Origin: an uncultured virus (IMG/VR IMGVR_UViG_3300006990_000018)
Taxonomy: Duplodnaviria; Heunggongvirae; Uroviricota; Caudoviricetes
Virus record (IMG/VR): IMGVR_UViG_3300006990_000018
Length of the DNA: 64,000 nt
Direction: 5' to 3' (one strand)
Notes under the pieces: generated by a model
What the model saw: only the letters and a program-made list of their open reading frames with translations
Told to the model about the DNA's origin: nothing
Databases searched by the model: none
Program-made: the position numbers and the translations under genes
Part shown: positions 29,701 to 39,719 of the stretch, piece after piece
Layout of the letters: each line of letters opens with the position of its first letter
How positions within the stretch are numbered: the stretch's first letter is position 1

Positions 29701-31746
29701 CCACTTCAAACGACCGCCAACCGACCGTCCATTTGGTTCCTTGGCGGAGCCAGTCATTGGGTTAGCGATGATTGGGTCGGCAACCAAGAGTTCACCTTGC
29801 CCTCGGCGGCTGGCTTTGGTCGCATGGGGACAGGCTTTGGTCAAGGTCCATCCTTCGCCTTCTCAGAGGGGACCAACAAAGTGCGCTCGGTGTTCACAAC
29901 GGGCGGCATGACGATGGTGTTCAACGGCACGACGATTGGAACGGACATAAGCGCCGACGAACCCGTGTGGGGGATGCAGTTCAAAGCGTGCAACACCTTC
30001 GCCATGACGGACCGTCGCCCGTATTGGCTCACGAACGGAGGGAGTGCAACGCTTGTTCCTTCCGAATACGACCACCTTAGCGGAGAGGAGCCGCTGATTC
30101 ACGGGGAGCGAGACGACACTTCATTCACCAACGCTCGCCACCCAGCAGACCGATTCATGGAAATTGATGGCTCACCACCCAGCACTTGGGCGGGCATCAC
30201 CGACCATTATCCCGATGAGTTCCCAGCGGCCATGGCGTCTTTGAGAACGAGCGACAACCGCATGAGCCGAGCCGACTACCCAGCGCTCCAAACCTCCAAT
30301 GTTGATTTCAGCATTGATGAAGTCGTTATGCGACAAATCCCAACACCCGCCATGCTCCCGTTCACGGTTGATACGCTGACTCAGCAAGCGTCTGGAATCA
30401 CGCCCGCACGCTATTCCTCATTGATTATTGAGGCCGATAACATCAGCGTGGACGATAAGAAGCGCATCACAATCACCCTCCTTGAACCTCCGACCTCAAG
30501 CACCATCGCTCAAGAGGCATCAACCGTTATCACGGGCTATGAGAACCTTGACCCCGACTTCCTCGGGGGCGTGGGTTCCATTGACCTGTCGGGACTCCCA
30601 GATTCGGCCGTGGCCAACGGCTTCGTGATTCGGTTCAATTTCTTCATCCCCTCGTCTGAGGACACGAGCCTTCACCCGCTGGATTGGTCGTCTTTGCCCA
30701 TCGTGCGCTCCTATTCCATCTATTTTGACCACAAGCCCACGAGCGAGGGAACCATCCTCGGCAACACCTACGACGGCTCCACGGCCACCACGATTGGGAC
30801 CTCGGGCACGCAGACCTTCACGACCAAGGTGGGCCACATCGTCTCCCTACGGATGCAAGGCGACACGACCGACCCCGACCGAAAAATCACCCACCTCAAG
30901 GCGGACTTCGGAGACGGTTCAATCACCGACTTCCTACCCGTAGCAACGCCTGCGGCAAGCGCTACCTATGACATATCCCATGTGTTCTCAACGCGCCCTG
31001 CTGGCGGCACCTACGACATAGTGGTCTATGCGAAAGACGATAACGGCAACGAGACCGTGGCCAGCGATATTCTCCGAGCCACCATCGTGGCGGCTGAACC
31101 TGTGGCCATCGTGCGAGCCGTCCCATCCATGGTTCGGGCTGGCCAACCGATTCGGTTTGACGGCTCCGACTCATATACGATTGACACCGCCGCCTCAATC
31201 GCCTCCTACACATGGACCTTCGGTGATGGGTCGTCAAGCGTGAGTGGAGCGGCCGTTTATCAAGACCACACCTACGCCGAGGCTGGTGAGTTCATGGCCA
31301 CGCTGGTCGTGAACGACGGGACTTCCAACAGCCCCACGGCGAAAGCCGTCGTGAAGGTGCTTCCTGCGACGCTCGTGGTCCCCTTGACACTCTCCACCAA
31401 GCCATCGTCCTTCCGACGAACACGGTCCGCCAGCCTCACGAGAACGCCCATTTTGGATGCCGTTTATCCCGAGGTCTCGGACATGGGCCAGCGTGGCGAT
31501 GAGTTCACGCTCTCGGGTATGTTCCTCAAGAGCACGCAGGACACCGATGTTGCCTTCATGGAGGAACTACTCTTCTCGGGAGCGCTCGTTGAGTTCGCCT
31601 ACCAAGATGTGAACTACGACGGGGTGGCCGACTCCAAGGTGTTCACGGGGCGAATGGTTTCGTTTGACTACAACCGACAGGGTGGAAATGTGGACCGCAC
31701 ACCCTACACGGCCGTGTTCGTTCGGGAGGCTGGTCTTGGTGCTTGA
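26734..31746 (+). CDS. Giant tail protein with C-terminal PKD/Ig-like domains
   Basis: TGATG-coupled to the tape measure; ADFGDG and WTFGDG..HTY..AGEF PKD motifs. Confidence 0.75.
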   Translation: MASFKKSPQKKFSRVKNDLAELQRWWPAFIKDDGVLGISVDPVLFRTNFGTYEGDDGDESRVAGIRVEAINDDGTDVSGTEPTIVISGSGTFEPKCTINHADGTSTDIMLIAPSRSVFTGSVNMNYTDSSGNSQNGGITVDTDMDDVAMNGTRTGPYPVFMTVQELAEVIDTYRHVGAADTEKKAFLPHGVRVPQTTAFPDIETDPRITNTDALPTTVPYRATVFMPMMLDNNQLSKNITGSMTLWGGHNSRWDKNGISRYDTDPEGEDSATIDYKKYGTSGDHQRNSNKAMNATNIRRSVWTSQDSSDCPAPKYRMAMALACFLKDGTYSLKDGVIIPYSYDASRTLGGVNTDTMYLTWNGREGAGDSSGLDNNKKYPAGIYPLFDFVQGPITPRAQGSNWTHAVLADHEGTNYPLRYEVPPNSMPLEILAVEVADKDLATAPPHTGKQFCIRVSDVISSSEPEHTYPVNVGQAVYIQGLDGVLGTGTDMRKATGNIWPTRYDKRRKPDATVASDCNGWWIVSGVNDTEFTNEIEYRFNVHPDLLPVVASYVPSAGATACAGRAGGPEIAFNTYFAADADDSGNPYDGSMETGMTGVNSSEAKNPVVPKTDFQTSDGRAASATIGTGYQAGMGQGDLNVPPASSRNDTAPTRITIAETATVDNLGEFTGNRPVPRSIHIQTLDVVPNEDIPSAPPVITSGNGSLRVPAPLGHDLCTRYNSTGEDGESAFRPTNIVDSMWRLRSDLDRDEDGTGRRAMIGGPDRWAHRGVSTPLWSYIDGNTGRHAWDYIKPSGWTFGRNRPWPAHERMGTRLSMSPSLQSGVWGGYGSGVGLFNRVPPYQETTKIGLSEIGCSPVFLDIEFTAFIPNQDNRMVMIDFDMNDADSMLGRHHMIFGTTNRDMGFGFRPRWDATTGAGVYRKDGFVDHEGGDLTITPSPNPAVLHRDWIKAAGVANAVAGDNPNWAGFPIDTAASRLPTTPPHSDSSEPPYPLQTTANRPSIWFLGGASHWVSDDWVGNQEFTLPSAAGFGRMGTGFGQGPSFAFSEGTNKVRSVFTTGGMTMVFNGTTIGTDISADEPVWGMQFKACNTFAMTDRRPYWLTNGGSATLVPSEYDHLSGEEPLIHGERDDTSFTNARHPADRFMEIDGSPPSTWAGITDHYPDEFPAAMASLRTSDNRMSRADYPALQTSNVDFSIDEVVMRQIPTPAMLPFTVDTLTQQASGITPARYSSLIIEADNISVDDKKRITITLLEPPTSSTIAQEASTVITGYENLDPDFLGGVGSIDLSGLPDSAVANGFVIRFNFFIPSSEDTSLHPLDWSSLPIVRSYSIYFDHKPTSEGTILGNTYDGSTATTIGTSGTQTFTTKVGHIVSLRMQGDTTDPDRKITHLKADFGDGSITDFLPVATPAASATYDISHVFSTRPAGGTYDIVVYAKDDNGNETVASDILRATIVAAEPVAIVRAVPSMVRAGQPIRFDGSDSYTIDTAASIASYTWTFGDGSSSVSGAAVYQDHTYAEAGEFMATLVVNDGTSNSPTAKAVVKVLPATLVVPLTLSTKPSSFRRTRSASLTRTPILDAVYPEVSDMGQRGDEFTLSGMFLKSTQDTDVAFMEELLFSGALVEFAYQDVNYDGVADSKVFTGRMVSFDYNRQGGNVDRTPYTAVFVREAGLGA

Positions 31747-31864
31747 TGTCGTCGGAGGCTTGGTCGTGTTGGAGATTCTTTGGTGGCTATTGGTTATTGT
31801 AGCCATCAAGCAGTTCCGTGCCCTGCGAAAGGAAATTGAATCGCTCCCCGTGGAATACCTTTGA
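31739..31864 (+). CDS. Small single-TM protein
   Basis: GTG start after GGAGG; hydrophobic stretch followed by basic residues. Confidence 0.45.
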   Translation: MLDVVGGLVVLEILWWLLVIVAIKQFRALRKEIESLPVEYL

Positions 31865-31902
31865 CCGCTATCTTAATATAGGGGTGGCGCATACGGTTAA
31901 AC

Positions 31903-32226
31903 ATGGCCGAAGCAAGCAACCCTGCAAAGAAAACATGGTGGAGATACACCGACGAGGCTGACATGAGCCGCCCCGACGATGGATTCAGCGTGTCCCGTGA
32001 AACGGGAGACATCAACGCTCATCGCTCCTTCATCAACGACTGCATACGGTCCACCCGCTCGGCTGGAAACTCAGGATTTTGCCGTGCCGTCGCACCCTTT
32101 TGGAACACACGAGACCGTGCTTTCTATATCAACGGCATGAGCGGCAAGGACGCCTGTGCCGAGGGCTACAAAGCCATGATGGTTTTCTATGATGTGGACG
32201 CTCCCGAGTGGGCTTGGTGGGTTTGA
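31903..32226 (+). CDS. Hypothetical protein
   Basis: Family promoter. Confidence 0.72.
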   Translation: MAEASNPAKKTWWRYTDEADMSRPDDGFSVSRETGDINAHRSFINDCIRSTRSAGNSGFCRAVAPFWNTRDRAFYINGMSGKDACAEGYKAMMVFYDVDAPEWAWWV

Positions 32227-32228
32227 AT

Positions 32229-32525
32229 ATGGACCTACGACCATTCAAGCGTGAATACCAAGGCTACATCAACGCCACCGACACGGGGTCATTCACCGTT
32301 CTCCATGACGAAGTGCCGCTCGGCACACCGCTCGGCAAAGCCATGCACCACATCGCCAAGGACGCCGTGAAGCACGGTGCTACGGAGAGTGTGTTGAACA
32401 TTGATTTCATGTTCATGTTCCGAGCATACCGCTTGTTCGGCATTCGCATCACCCCATGGCGGGTTGCCTATGACTTTGACCCCGAGGATGAAGAGGAGAC
32501 GGACCCACATTTCATGCTCCTTTGA
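32229..32525 (+). CDS. Hypothetical protein
   Basis: Operonic ATG 2 nt after the upstream stop. Confidence 0.62.
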   Translation: MDLRPFKREYQGYINATDTGSFTVLHDEVPLGTPLGKAMHHIAKDAVKHGATESVLNIDFMFMFRAYRLFGIRITPWRVAYDFDPEDEEETDPHFMLL

Positions 32526-32563
32526 GCGATGCTTTAATATAGGTGTGGCCCATACCCTTAACC

Positions 32564-32770
32564 ATGAGCCGCTTCAAAGTGTCTAACCCCCTGCCCAGCC
32601 CCAGCCCAAGTCTGGACTACGCCTTCTCATGTTTGAGTAGCAAAGCCATACCCTACGCCAAGGGCTACAAGCGAGCCTCCATTTCCTTCGCCACGCTGAC
32701 GGACGACTGCTATATCGGCGGCCAAGCCATGACCCTCATCCACTTCTATGTCGTTAGCATTGTGGATTGA
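32564..32770 (+). CDS. Hypothetical protein
   Basis: TTTAATATAGG promoter, leaderless ATG. Confidence 0.55.
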   Translation: MSRFKVSNPLPSPSPSLDYAFSCLSSKAIPYAKGYKRASISFATLTDDCYIGGQAMTLIHFYVVSIVD

Positions 32771-32796
32771 AATAGGTGGGTGCACCCCTTCGGGGT

Positions 32797-33960
32797 ATGC
32801 TAACGCCCGCCAAGGTTGATGAATTGACCGAGGCTCTCGGTTTCAATCATTGGCCCCGAGCGGTCGGCAATCCCCGCCAGCAGTTCATCTATGCGAGCGA
32901 GCAAGCCTACACGGCGTTCCACGAGTGGTGGGGCGAGTCGTCGTGCTTCATCAGCACCGCAGGCTACGAGAACCTCGTGTTTGACAACGGCAAGCAGATA
33001 CCCCGCTCCATCATCTATGGACTCACCTTCTTTGACTTTGACCACGACACCAAGCCCGAGAACGCCTTTGCAGACGCCCAGCGGCTCTCCCAATACCTCA
33101 CCGAACTCAATGTGGCCCATTGGGTGCAATACAGCGGCGCCAAGGGCTACCACCTCTTCATCGTGCACCGACCCACCCGCTTCCGATTTGACCACCGAGA
33201 CGGGAGCGCAGATGCTCTCAAGACGCTGGTGAACCAAACGCAGACCCACCTCAAGAAAACACTCGGCCTCAACACGCTGGACGAGCAGACGACGGGCGAC
33301 CCCAAGCGACTCTGCCGATTTCCATTCACTCCGCACATCAACCGACACGGTGAGCGTTCGGGTCGGCACGCCATGCCCGTCTCGGCTGAGGTTCTGAACA
33401 AGCGGTCTCACGCTGACATTGAAGCGTTATCCTATCGGCCCCGATATGCTCTCCCCGAAGTGGTTGGAGACCGACTAACCCTGCCCGAACTCATCGCCCT
33501 CCTTGAAGTCAAATTGCACAAGCCCGAGACTGACATTCGCCCTGTGATTCACACCGACTTCGGGTTCACCGACATGGCGAGCGCCACAGCGGCCTTCACG
33601 GCCTCGTTAGACGACAGGTGCATGGGAGTGGTCAATGAACTCAAGCGACGCAACCCAAGCCATTCCAGCCGTGTTTATTCGGCTCTTTTCGCCAAGACCA
33701 TAGGCATGACCATGGAGGCGTTTGAGGAGGTGTGGGTTGAACTCGGGACGAGGATGGGCTATGTGGACCTACACAACACTCAGCATCGCCACTATCAGAT
33801 GAAAACCCTCTTTGACGACCCCCGCTTTGTCTCCTTCCCGAACTGCTCCACGCTCAAGGCGAAGGGGTGTTGTGTCGGAGAGGTGTGCCCTCGCTACATT
33901 GACATGGGCGAGGCAAAGCCCCAGCGAATCATCAAACGACGATGGAGGAAACAAACATGA
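32797..33960 (+). CDS. Archaeo-eukaryotic primase: PriS-like catalytic domain fused to a PriL-like FeS domain
   Basis: FDFD, SGAKGYHL and D.KRLCR.P motifs; C-terminal C...PNC......C.....CP. Confidence 0.88.
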   Translation: MLTPAKVDELTEALGFNHWPRAVGNPRQQFIYASEQAYTAFHEWWGESSCFISTAGYENLVFDNGKQIPRSIIYGLTFFDFDHDTKPENAFADAQRLSQYLTELNVAHWVQYSGAKGYHLFIVHRPTRFRFDHRDGSADALKTLVNQTQTHLKKTLGLNTLDEQTTGDPKRLCRFPFTPHINRHGERSGRHAMPVSAEVLNKRSHADIEALSYRPRYALPEVVGDRLTLPELIALLEVKLHKPETDIRPVIHTDFGFTDMASATAAFTASLDDRCMGVVNELKRRNPSHSSRVYSALFAKTIGMTMEAFEEVWVELGTRMGYVDLHNTQHRHYQMKTLFDDPRFVSFPNCSTLKAKGCCVGEVCPRYIDMGEAKPQRIIKRRWRKQT

Positions 33961-34748
33961 GAATCAAGAGAATGGACCAAATCAAGGACGACCCAGCGAA
34001 GGTGGAGGACCTGCTCAAGAAGGGCACCCTCGGCAACAAACTCGGACTATTGAGGGCGATGGGTCCCGACCACGCAGGGCGCGTTGAAGTCGGCGAATCC
34101 ATCCTCACCGAACTGCTCAGCAGGCACCGACGGATTGACCACCGAGAGCACCCACTCATGATAGGGTATTTCAGCAACCTTGGCTTTGAGGTCGCTCATC
34201 TCAACACAGGGGACGGGGACATGAAAGGCGGCACCACGAGCGTGGAGCGCAAGGAGGATGACTTCATGGATAGCCTGTTTGACGACCGCTGGCTACGCCA
34301 ATTGGGCGCTATGCGTGAGGAGGCAGAGCACTCCTACCTTATCATCACCAAGTCCTACGAGGCCATCAAGAACGAGGTGCACGAGCGTGGCGTTAGTGAG
34401 CAGGTCTTGACAGGCTTCGTGGCCGCCCTGTGCGCCGTAGGCTACACACCGCTGTTCGTCCCCGATAAGTGGGACGCCGCCGTCATCGTCCGCAAAATCA
34501 TGGATAAAATAGACGACGACACCTCTCGTCTCTATGTTCCCCGACCCCGCTCGCCCAAGGCGACCGAATACCGAAACGCCATCATTGAGGCCCTGCCGAA
34601 GGTCGGCATCAAGACCCGTCGGAAAATCGTTGAGGCGTTCCCATCGCTGGCCGACCTCACGGGAGCGACCGTGGAGGACCTCTCGGCGATTGAGGGCATC
34701 GGGAAGAAAACCGCTGAACGGATTCATGAAATCCTTCATGCGAAATGA
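33957..34748 (+). CDS. XPF/ERCC4-family structure-specific nuclease with HhH repeats
   Basis: ID.RE, GD, VERK..DF..SL motifs; LPKVG and IEGIGKKTA HhH motifs. Confidence 0.88.
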   Translation: MRIKRMDQIKDDPAKVEDLLKKGTLGNKLGLLRAMGPDHAGRVEVGESILTELLSRHRRIDHREHPLMIGYFSNLGFEVAHLNTGDGDMKGGTTSVERKEDDFMDSLFDDRWLRQLGAMREEAEHSYLIITKSYEAIKNEVHERGVSEQVLTGFVAALCAVGYTPLFVPDKWDAAVIVRKIMDKIDDDTSRLYVPRPRSPKATEYRNAIIEALPKVGIKTRRKIVEAFPSLADLTGATVEDLSAIEGIGKKTAERIHEILHAK

Positions 34749-34778
34749 CTATATAGGTGGGGCACATAGGGGTATAAC

Positions 34779-35183
34779 ATGAGCAACCTAACATGGACTG
34801 ACAACCGACACTCCCTGTGTCAAGACGGACACAAGGGACACGAATGGGCCGATGGCGCCCAGAGCACCTTCAAGACCGAGAGTGGAGACTCATTTTGGCG
34901 AATCACACCGATTCGGACTGACATGAGCAAGACTACTCAAAGCGTGGCCACCTTCACACCTATACGGGTCATGTGGTATGTTGAGTTCGGCCACGAGCAC
35001 AACCGATGGACCACCATGGAACATGGCTACACCTACGACCAAGAGTGGGTTCCCGCCTCATACCGCTGGGCGTCCTGCAACGAAACCAAGCGATTCCTGT
35101 TCTTTTCGCTGGACTACGCCAAGGCGTTCTGCGAGCAGACCTACGGCTTCTCCACCATGGTGAACACAAAGGCGGTGCTCTGA
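34779..35183 (+). CDS. Hypothetical protein
   Basis: Own promoter. Confidence 0.7.
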   Translation: MSNLTWTDNRHSLCQDGHKGHEWADGAQSTFKTESGDSFWRITPIRTDMSKTTQSVATFTPIRVMWYVEFGHEHNRWTTMEHGYTYDQEWVPASYRWASCNETKRFLFFSLDYAKAFCEQTYGFSTMVNTKAVL

Positions 35184-35539
35184 TGGCGAGAGGCAACTCC
35201 AAAGGCGTTCTCCGAGACCGCTTGGTCCGACAGGCCATCCAAGACATGAACGGTGCTCCGTTCGTTGCTGGCGACCTGCTGGATAAAATGACCTACTCAC
35301 GCAACATGCCTACCGTCCGAGAGGTCGGTGCCGTCATCAACCAATTGAAACGGGGAGGAGAAGTGATATACCTCGGCGAGGCAGGAAGCCGTGTCGGTCG
35401 TGAACTGCTGGAAGCCGCAGGCTTGACGCAACACGGTGTCCGCAAAACGGGCCTTTACATCTCAGCCGACTCACCCAACGCACCGAGGAATGACCATGAC
35501 AACGATACCGACGACCTACCTACAAACAATGAGGAATGA
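35183..35539 (+). CDS. Hypothetical protein, wHTH-like
   Basis: TGATG-coupled; PTVREVGAVINQL helix. Confidence 0.6.
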   Translation: MARGNSKGVLRDRLVRQAIQDMNGAPFVAGDLLDKMTYSRNMPTVREVGAVINQLKRGGEVIYLGEAGSRVGRELLEAAGLTQHGVRKTGLYISADSPNAPRNDHDNDTDDLPTNNEE

Positions 35540-36092
35540 AACCAACTGGACCGTCCGTCTCGGCATCAAGACCCACGACCATTGGACTCCGTTTCAATGG
35601 GACGGTGAGGACCTCGCCACGGGCATTCATGCCGTATGCAAAGCCGCTCTGAAAGTGAGCGACGACGAGTCGCTGGACGACTTGTATATGCTCGGCATTG
35701 ACCTTGACACCTTCGTCTCCAAGAGCGCTGAGTGCTCCGTCAATTGGGGCATCACCGTGTTCCGAACGCAGGGGTATTGGTTCGGCCTTCTTGGCTATCG
35801 GGAGCAATACGCTGACAGGGAGTGGGCCACGGCCTGCGCCGACGAGAGCATTCACGCCGCCGTCGGACAACTGGACCCAAGGAAAACCTGCTCCGCCGTT
35901 CCGTGGCGACGAGACATGGTGAACCGCATCATGCCTCGGAACGCCAAAGGCAAGGTCATGAGCCGCACGCCCGAGGACGCCGACGCCAAGCGCAAGAAGG
36001 CGCAGGCGGCCAACCTTGAGATTCGTGAGAACTTCCATCGCTGGGAGGGCAAGGCCAAGTGGGACGAACTCGTCGCCAAGCGTAGTGCATGA
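35490..36092 (+). CDS. Hypothetical protein
   Basis: Long ORF with genome-like codon usage. Confidence 0.68.
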   Translation: MTMTTIPTTYLQTMRNETNWTVRLGIKTHDHWTPFQWDGEDLATGIHAVCKAALKVSDDESLDDLYMLGIDLDTFVSKSAECSVNWGITVFRTQGYWFGLLGYREQYADREWATACADESIHAAVGQLDPRKTCSAVPWRRDMVNRIMPRNAKGKVMSRTPEDADAKRKKAQAANLEIRENFHRWEGKAKWDELVAKRSA

Positions 36093-36137
36093 CTATCGGC
36101 CGACATCTATATATAGGAGTGCCCCCGTGGGTGTATC

Positions 36138-36386
36138 ATGGTGCAAATCCTTGAAGAACACAAAGCGGCCTGCCTTGCTGAAATCCTTGACATTGAGTGT
36201 CAAATGTCCCCCGAGCGAATCACGGGCGACGGCGAGTGGGGGCGCATGAGCGACCCACACATTCAGCGAGAACTCAAGGCGTTGGAGAAGGAGAAGGCCG
36301 ACTTGGTTCGTCGGTTCCGAGGCATCATGCAATTGCTTGAAGGCGAATGCCGAGACCCGACATGGGACGAGATTTGGTCGGCTTGA
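36138..36386 (+). CDS. Hypothetical protein
   Basis: Own promoter. Confidence 0.68.
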   Translation: MVQILEEHKAACLAEILDIECQMSPERITGDGEWGRMSDPHIQRELKALEKEKADLVRRFRGIMQLLEGECRDPTWDEIWSA

Positions 36387-36464
36387 CTCCAAAGTGGGGC
36401 CACGACCTCATTCTTTGAACTATCGGCCGCTACCTTAATATAGGGGACCCCCCATGGGAGTATC

Positions 36465-36677
36465 ATGGCCGCAACACAAACACCCAACCACCCGACCTGT
36501 GAAGCAAGCACACCCTCCAAGTTGAAGCGAGAGTCCCCCACTTGCTCCGTTCGTGGATGCAAGATGCCCGCAACACACTTCGTCAAGTCCCGAGACATCC
36601 ACATGGGCGGTGCCCGAGTCGGCAAGTGTTGCTATCACGCAAATTGCCGCCAATACCTCCGAGAGCCTCTGTCTTGA
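36465..36677 (+). CDS. Small Cys/His-rich protein
   Basis: Own promoter; CxxxxC...CCxHxxC. Confidence 0.62.
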   Translation: MAATQTPNHPTCEASTPSKLKRESPTCSVRGCKMPATHFVKSRDIHMGGARVGKCCYHANCRQYLREPLS

Positions 36678-36702
36678 AATAGGTGGGTGTCGTAGTCCAA
36701 CC

Positions 36703-36912
36703 ATGCAATACCTCATCACCATTCGGTTTGAGCACGAGACCGTGGAACTGACTCACGACGGCACGCTGAGCGAAGCCCTCAAGGCCGCTTGGGCCGAGTG
36801 TAGGACCCGCAAGGCTCAGCCCGCTCACATCACCTGCCTACGACAAGACGCCACCGTTGAGGTGGACGAGGATGGCTGGGAAACTGTCTCCCCGATTGCA
36901 CGAGCCTCATGA
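36703..36912 (+). CDS. Hypothetical protein
   Basis: TTGAAATAGG promoter, ATG at the usual spacing. Confidence 0.62.
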   Translation: MQYLITIRFEHETVELTHDGTLSEALKAAWAECRTRKAQPAHITCLRQDATVEVDEDGWETVSPIARAS

Positions 36913-36976
36913 AGCCTCAAGAACCCCGACTGCAAACACTACACCAATGCACGACGAGGGGGATGCGAACATAGCC

Positions 36977-37291
36977 ATGAATTGGGTCGTAGCAGGCAAG
37001 CAGTCTATGGAAATGCACGGCTACTTGCCGAGCAACCAAGACGAACCCGCCGTCATGGTCAAGACCTCGGGGTCGGGCGTGTGGACCTTCAAGTTCACCG
37101 ACCGCAAGGGCACGGGTCGCATTCAAGTCTCCAAGGGAGCGGACTACAACCCGCTGGACCTCATAGAGACGCTTTATCACCACATCACCAACCTCCCGAG
37201 AGAAACACCCAATAACCCCAAGGAGCAGACGATTGACTACGACGATTCTGTCATGCAATTTGATGCGAACTTTAGGGGCGAATGGGAATGA
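36977..37291 (+). CDS. Hypothetical protein (start uncertain)
   Basis: Open frame with genome-like codon usage. Confidence 0.55.
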   Translation: MNWVVAGKQSMEMHGYLPSNQDEPAVMVKTSGSGVWTFKFTDRKGTGRIQVSKGADYNPLDLIETLYHHITNLPRETPNNPKEQTIDYDDSVMQFDANFRGEWE

Positions 37292-37575
37292 TGGCGTGGA
37301 CGGTCAAGGCTGACGATGGTGCCGTCCTAACTTCCGTATTCCAAGTGGATTCATGGGGCGACCTCGTGGTCGTCGCTGACCTCATAGAGGAGAACGAGGA
37401 ATGGACCATTGAAACGGCCGAGGAGTCGTTCACCTTGCTCCAACCCAAGGGTGATTCACACCAATACCTCGCCGCCTTGTTCGGGGCTGGGAACCCGCCA
37501 TCAATTGACACGACGAAGCCCTTCATGAACTACCGTTCGGGCTTGTTGTCGTTTGATGTGTGGGAGGTCAAGTGA
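37288..37575 (+). CDS. Hypothetical protein
   Basis: Overlaps the upstream stop. Confidence 0.6.
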   Translation: MMAWTVKADDGAVLTSVFQVDSWGDLVVVADLIEENEEWTIETAEESFTLLQPKGDSHQYLAALFGAGNPPSIDTTKPFMNYRSGLLSFDVWEVK

Positions 37576-39414
37576 TTGCCCGAGACTCCCGAGGAACTCC
37601 GCTCCCTTTTGCGAGGGGCTGGCCTACCCGTCTTTGAGACTGAATCCTACAAGGAACTCCGCTATCGTGCCCAGCGTGCTGGCTTAGTGTCCTCCACGAC
37701 CTCCACAGGGACCGCCACGGGCCTCCAAGGCCCTCGGGGTCCCCAAGGCCCAGCAGGACAAAGGGGGGCCACAGGAGCGGCAGGAGCGGCAGGAACCGCT
37801 GGTGCTACGGGCGCCACGGGCGCGACAGGTGCCGCAGGCCCAGCAGGAGCGGACGGCTCTGATGGAGCGGACGGTGCGACAGGACCCACAGGACCCGCAG
37901 GAGCCACAGGAGCCGCTGGTGCTGACGGAGCAGATGGCTCCGATGGTGCTACGGGACCCACAGGACCCACGGGACCCGCAGGGGCAGATGGCTCTGACGG
38001 TGCTGATGGAGCGCAAGGTCCAGTCGGTCCGATAGGACCTCAAGGTCCCGCTGGCTCAGATGGCTCAGATGGCTCCGATGGTGCAGATGGTGCCGCAGGC
38101 CCAGCAGGACCCCAAGGCCCAGCAGGAAATGACGGTGCTGATGGTGCAGATGGCTCTGACGGAGCCACAGGTCCCGCTGGTCCCATTGGACCCATTGGAC
38201 CCCAAGGCCCTGCTGGTGCGGACGGTGCGGACGGTGCTGATGGTTCTGACGGTGCGGCTGGCCCTGCTGGACCCGCTGGACCCGCTGGCCCTGCTGGTGC
38301 TGATGGCTCAGACGGAGCAGACGGAACAGACGGGGCGGCTGGACCTGCTGGCCCTGCTGGACCCATAGGTCCACAAGGACCCGCTGGTGCAGATGGGAAC
38401 ACGATTGACCTTCCATCGCTCCCAGCAGACACACAACTTGCCGACGCCGACTTAATTCTCATTGACGCAGGGGCTAATGGGACCAATAAGAAAACCACAT
38501 TCACCGAGGTCAAGGAGTGGATTCGGGGCGAAGGTGTTCGGGTTGGTAGGGATGGCGGAGTCAATCAGTTGAGAATCCGAGACTCAAGGGATGACGGGGA
38601 ACTGACGCCCGATGACTTCCTCAATCAGATGGTCCACTTTGACTTCACCGACGACATGGCTGGTTCACCAAACAGTTGGGATGCAGTCTTGACAATGAAG
38701 GGTTGGACTGATTCATACCGTGTGTTTCAAATCTATTCTTCGGCTTCAAGTGAGGGGACAGACCAAACAAGAAAGGACACCGAGCCGCTGTTTTTCCGTA
38801 GCGGAGAGGATTCGGGTTGGGGTGCTACACGGCAGATTATGACCTTCGCTGGGACAACCCCGAACGCTGACGGTGCGGCTAATCAAATCCTACAAACCGA
38901 CGGTGCTGGGACGCTCTCGTGGGCGGACCTACCTACTAACCCTGCACTCTCACAATACGAACGATATGAACTTGATTCGTCCATTCCAGCGGCCAACGGA
39001 ACAACCGTGCTTTTGACATTTGGTGTGGGTTCGGGTCCTCACCTCAAATCCACCTACAACCCAGCAATAACTGCGTGGGCTGTCAATCCAGCAAACACTC
39101 ACATTGACATACTGGCGAATGGGTTGTATCAATTCACCTTTCAAGCCTTCATGGCCTCATTGGGAACTTCTCAAGCCGATTATCGGATAGCAATTTCAAC
39201 GAGTCCGTCGCTCACGGGAGACTTGCTTATGGTCCGCAATAGGACATCCTATGTGGACCGCCACACATCAGTCGGCACGGCCACGGTGTATTTGACGGCG
39301 GGGGCCACGGTTTATTTCAGCGTTTTCAAGGGTGGAGGCAACGCCTACGAACTCGGTGGGACATTGGCTGGCCCCGAACTCCGAACATTCATTGACATGA
39401 GGAGGGTTCAATGA
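37576..39414 (+). CDS. Collagen-like tail fibre with a C1q/TNF-like C-terminal domain
   Basis: Long G-X-Y repeat, [11 protein letters not shown] motif, [15 protein letters not shown] jelly-roll pattern. Confidence 0.85.
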   Translation: MPETPEELRSLLRGAGLPVFETESYKELRYRAQRAGLVSSTTSTGTATGLQGPRGPQGPAGQRGATGAAGAAGTAGATGATGATGAAGPAGADGSDGADGATGPTGPAGATGAAGADGADGSDGATGPTGPTGPAGADGSDGADGAQGPVGPIGPQGPAGSDGSDGSDGADGAAGPAGPQGPAGNDGADGADGSDGATGPAGPIGPIGPQGPAGADGADGADGSDGAAGPAGPAGPAGPAGADGSDGADGTDGAAGPAGPAGPIGPQGPAGADGNTIDLPSLPADTQLADADLILIDAGANGTNKKTTFTEVKEWIRGEGVRVGRDGGVNQLRIRDSRDDGELTPDDFLNQMVHFDFTDDMAGSPNSWDAVLTMKGWTDSYRVFQIYSSASSEGTDQTRKDTEPLFFRSGEDSGWGATRQIMTFAGTTPNADGAANQILQTDGAGTLSWADLPTNPALSQYERYELDSSIPAANGTTVLLTFGVGSGPHLKSTYNPAITAWAVNPANTHIDILANGLYQFTFQAFMASLGTSQADYRIAISTSPSLTGDLLMVRNRTSYVDRHTSVGTATVYLTAGATVYFSVFKGGGNAYELGGTLAGPELRTFIDMRRVQ

Positions 39415-39587
39415 TGCTGACACAATTAGAGACACGATACCCCGACCACGATTGGGGCACAATGGATATACTGCCCATCATTTTGATGTCGGGAAGTGGC
39501 GAATACAGGGTCAATGAAGCCCTTTGGCCCTACACTACATACCCCACTCCTCCCACTTCGGACGAAATCAAAGCGTGGTTCGCATGA
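39411..39587 (+). CDS. 58-aa XkdW-like tail fibre assembly protein (not in the ORF track)
   Basis: ATGA overlap with the fibre gene; W.....P.PPTSDEI motif. Confidence 0.55.
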   Translation: MMLTQLETRYPDHDWGTMDILPIILMSGSGEYRVNEALWPYTTYPTPPTSDEIKAWFA

Positions 39588-39719
39588 ACGAAGAGTGCGA
39601 GCCTAATGGATGCAAGGACAAGGACTACGAAGAGTGGTGTCTGGCCTGCAAAATCCGTTGGGCTATTTGGTTCGGTCGGGCCTATTGATTCATATAGGGG
39701 AAGCCGCCACGCAATACAC

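Noticed and set aside
37720..38400. DNA tandem repeat array
   Set aside because: Explained by collagen G-X-Y coding, with variable third codon positions
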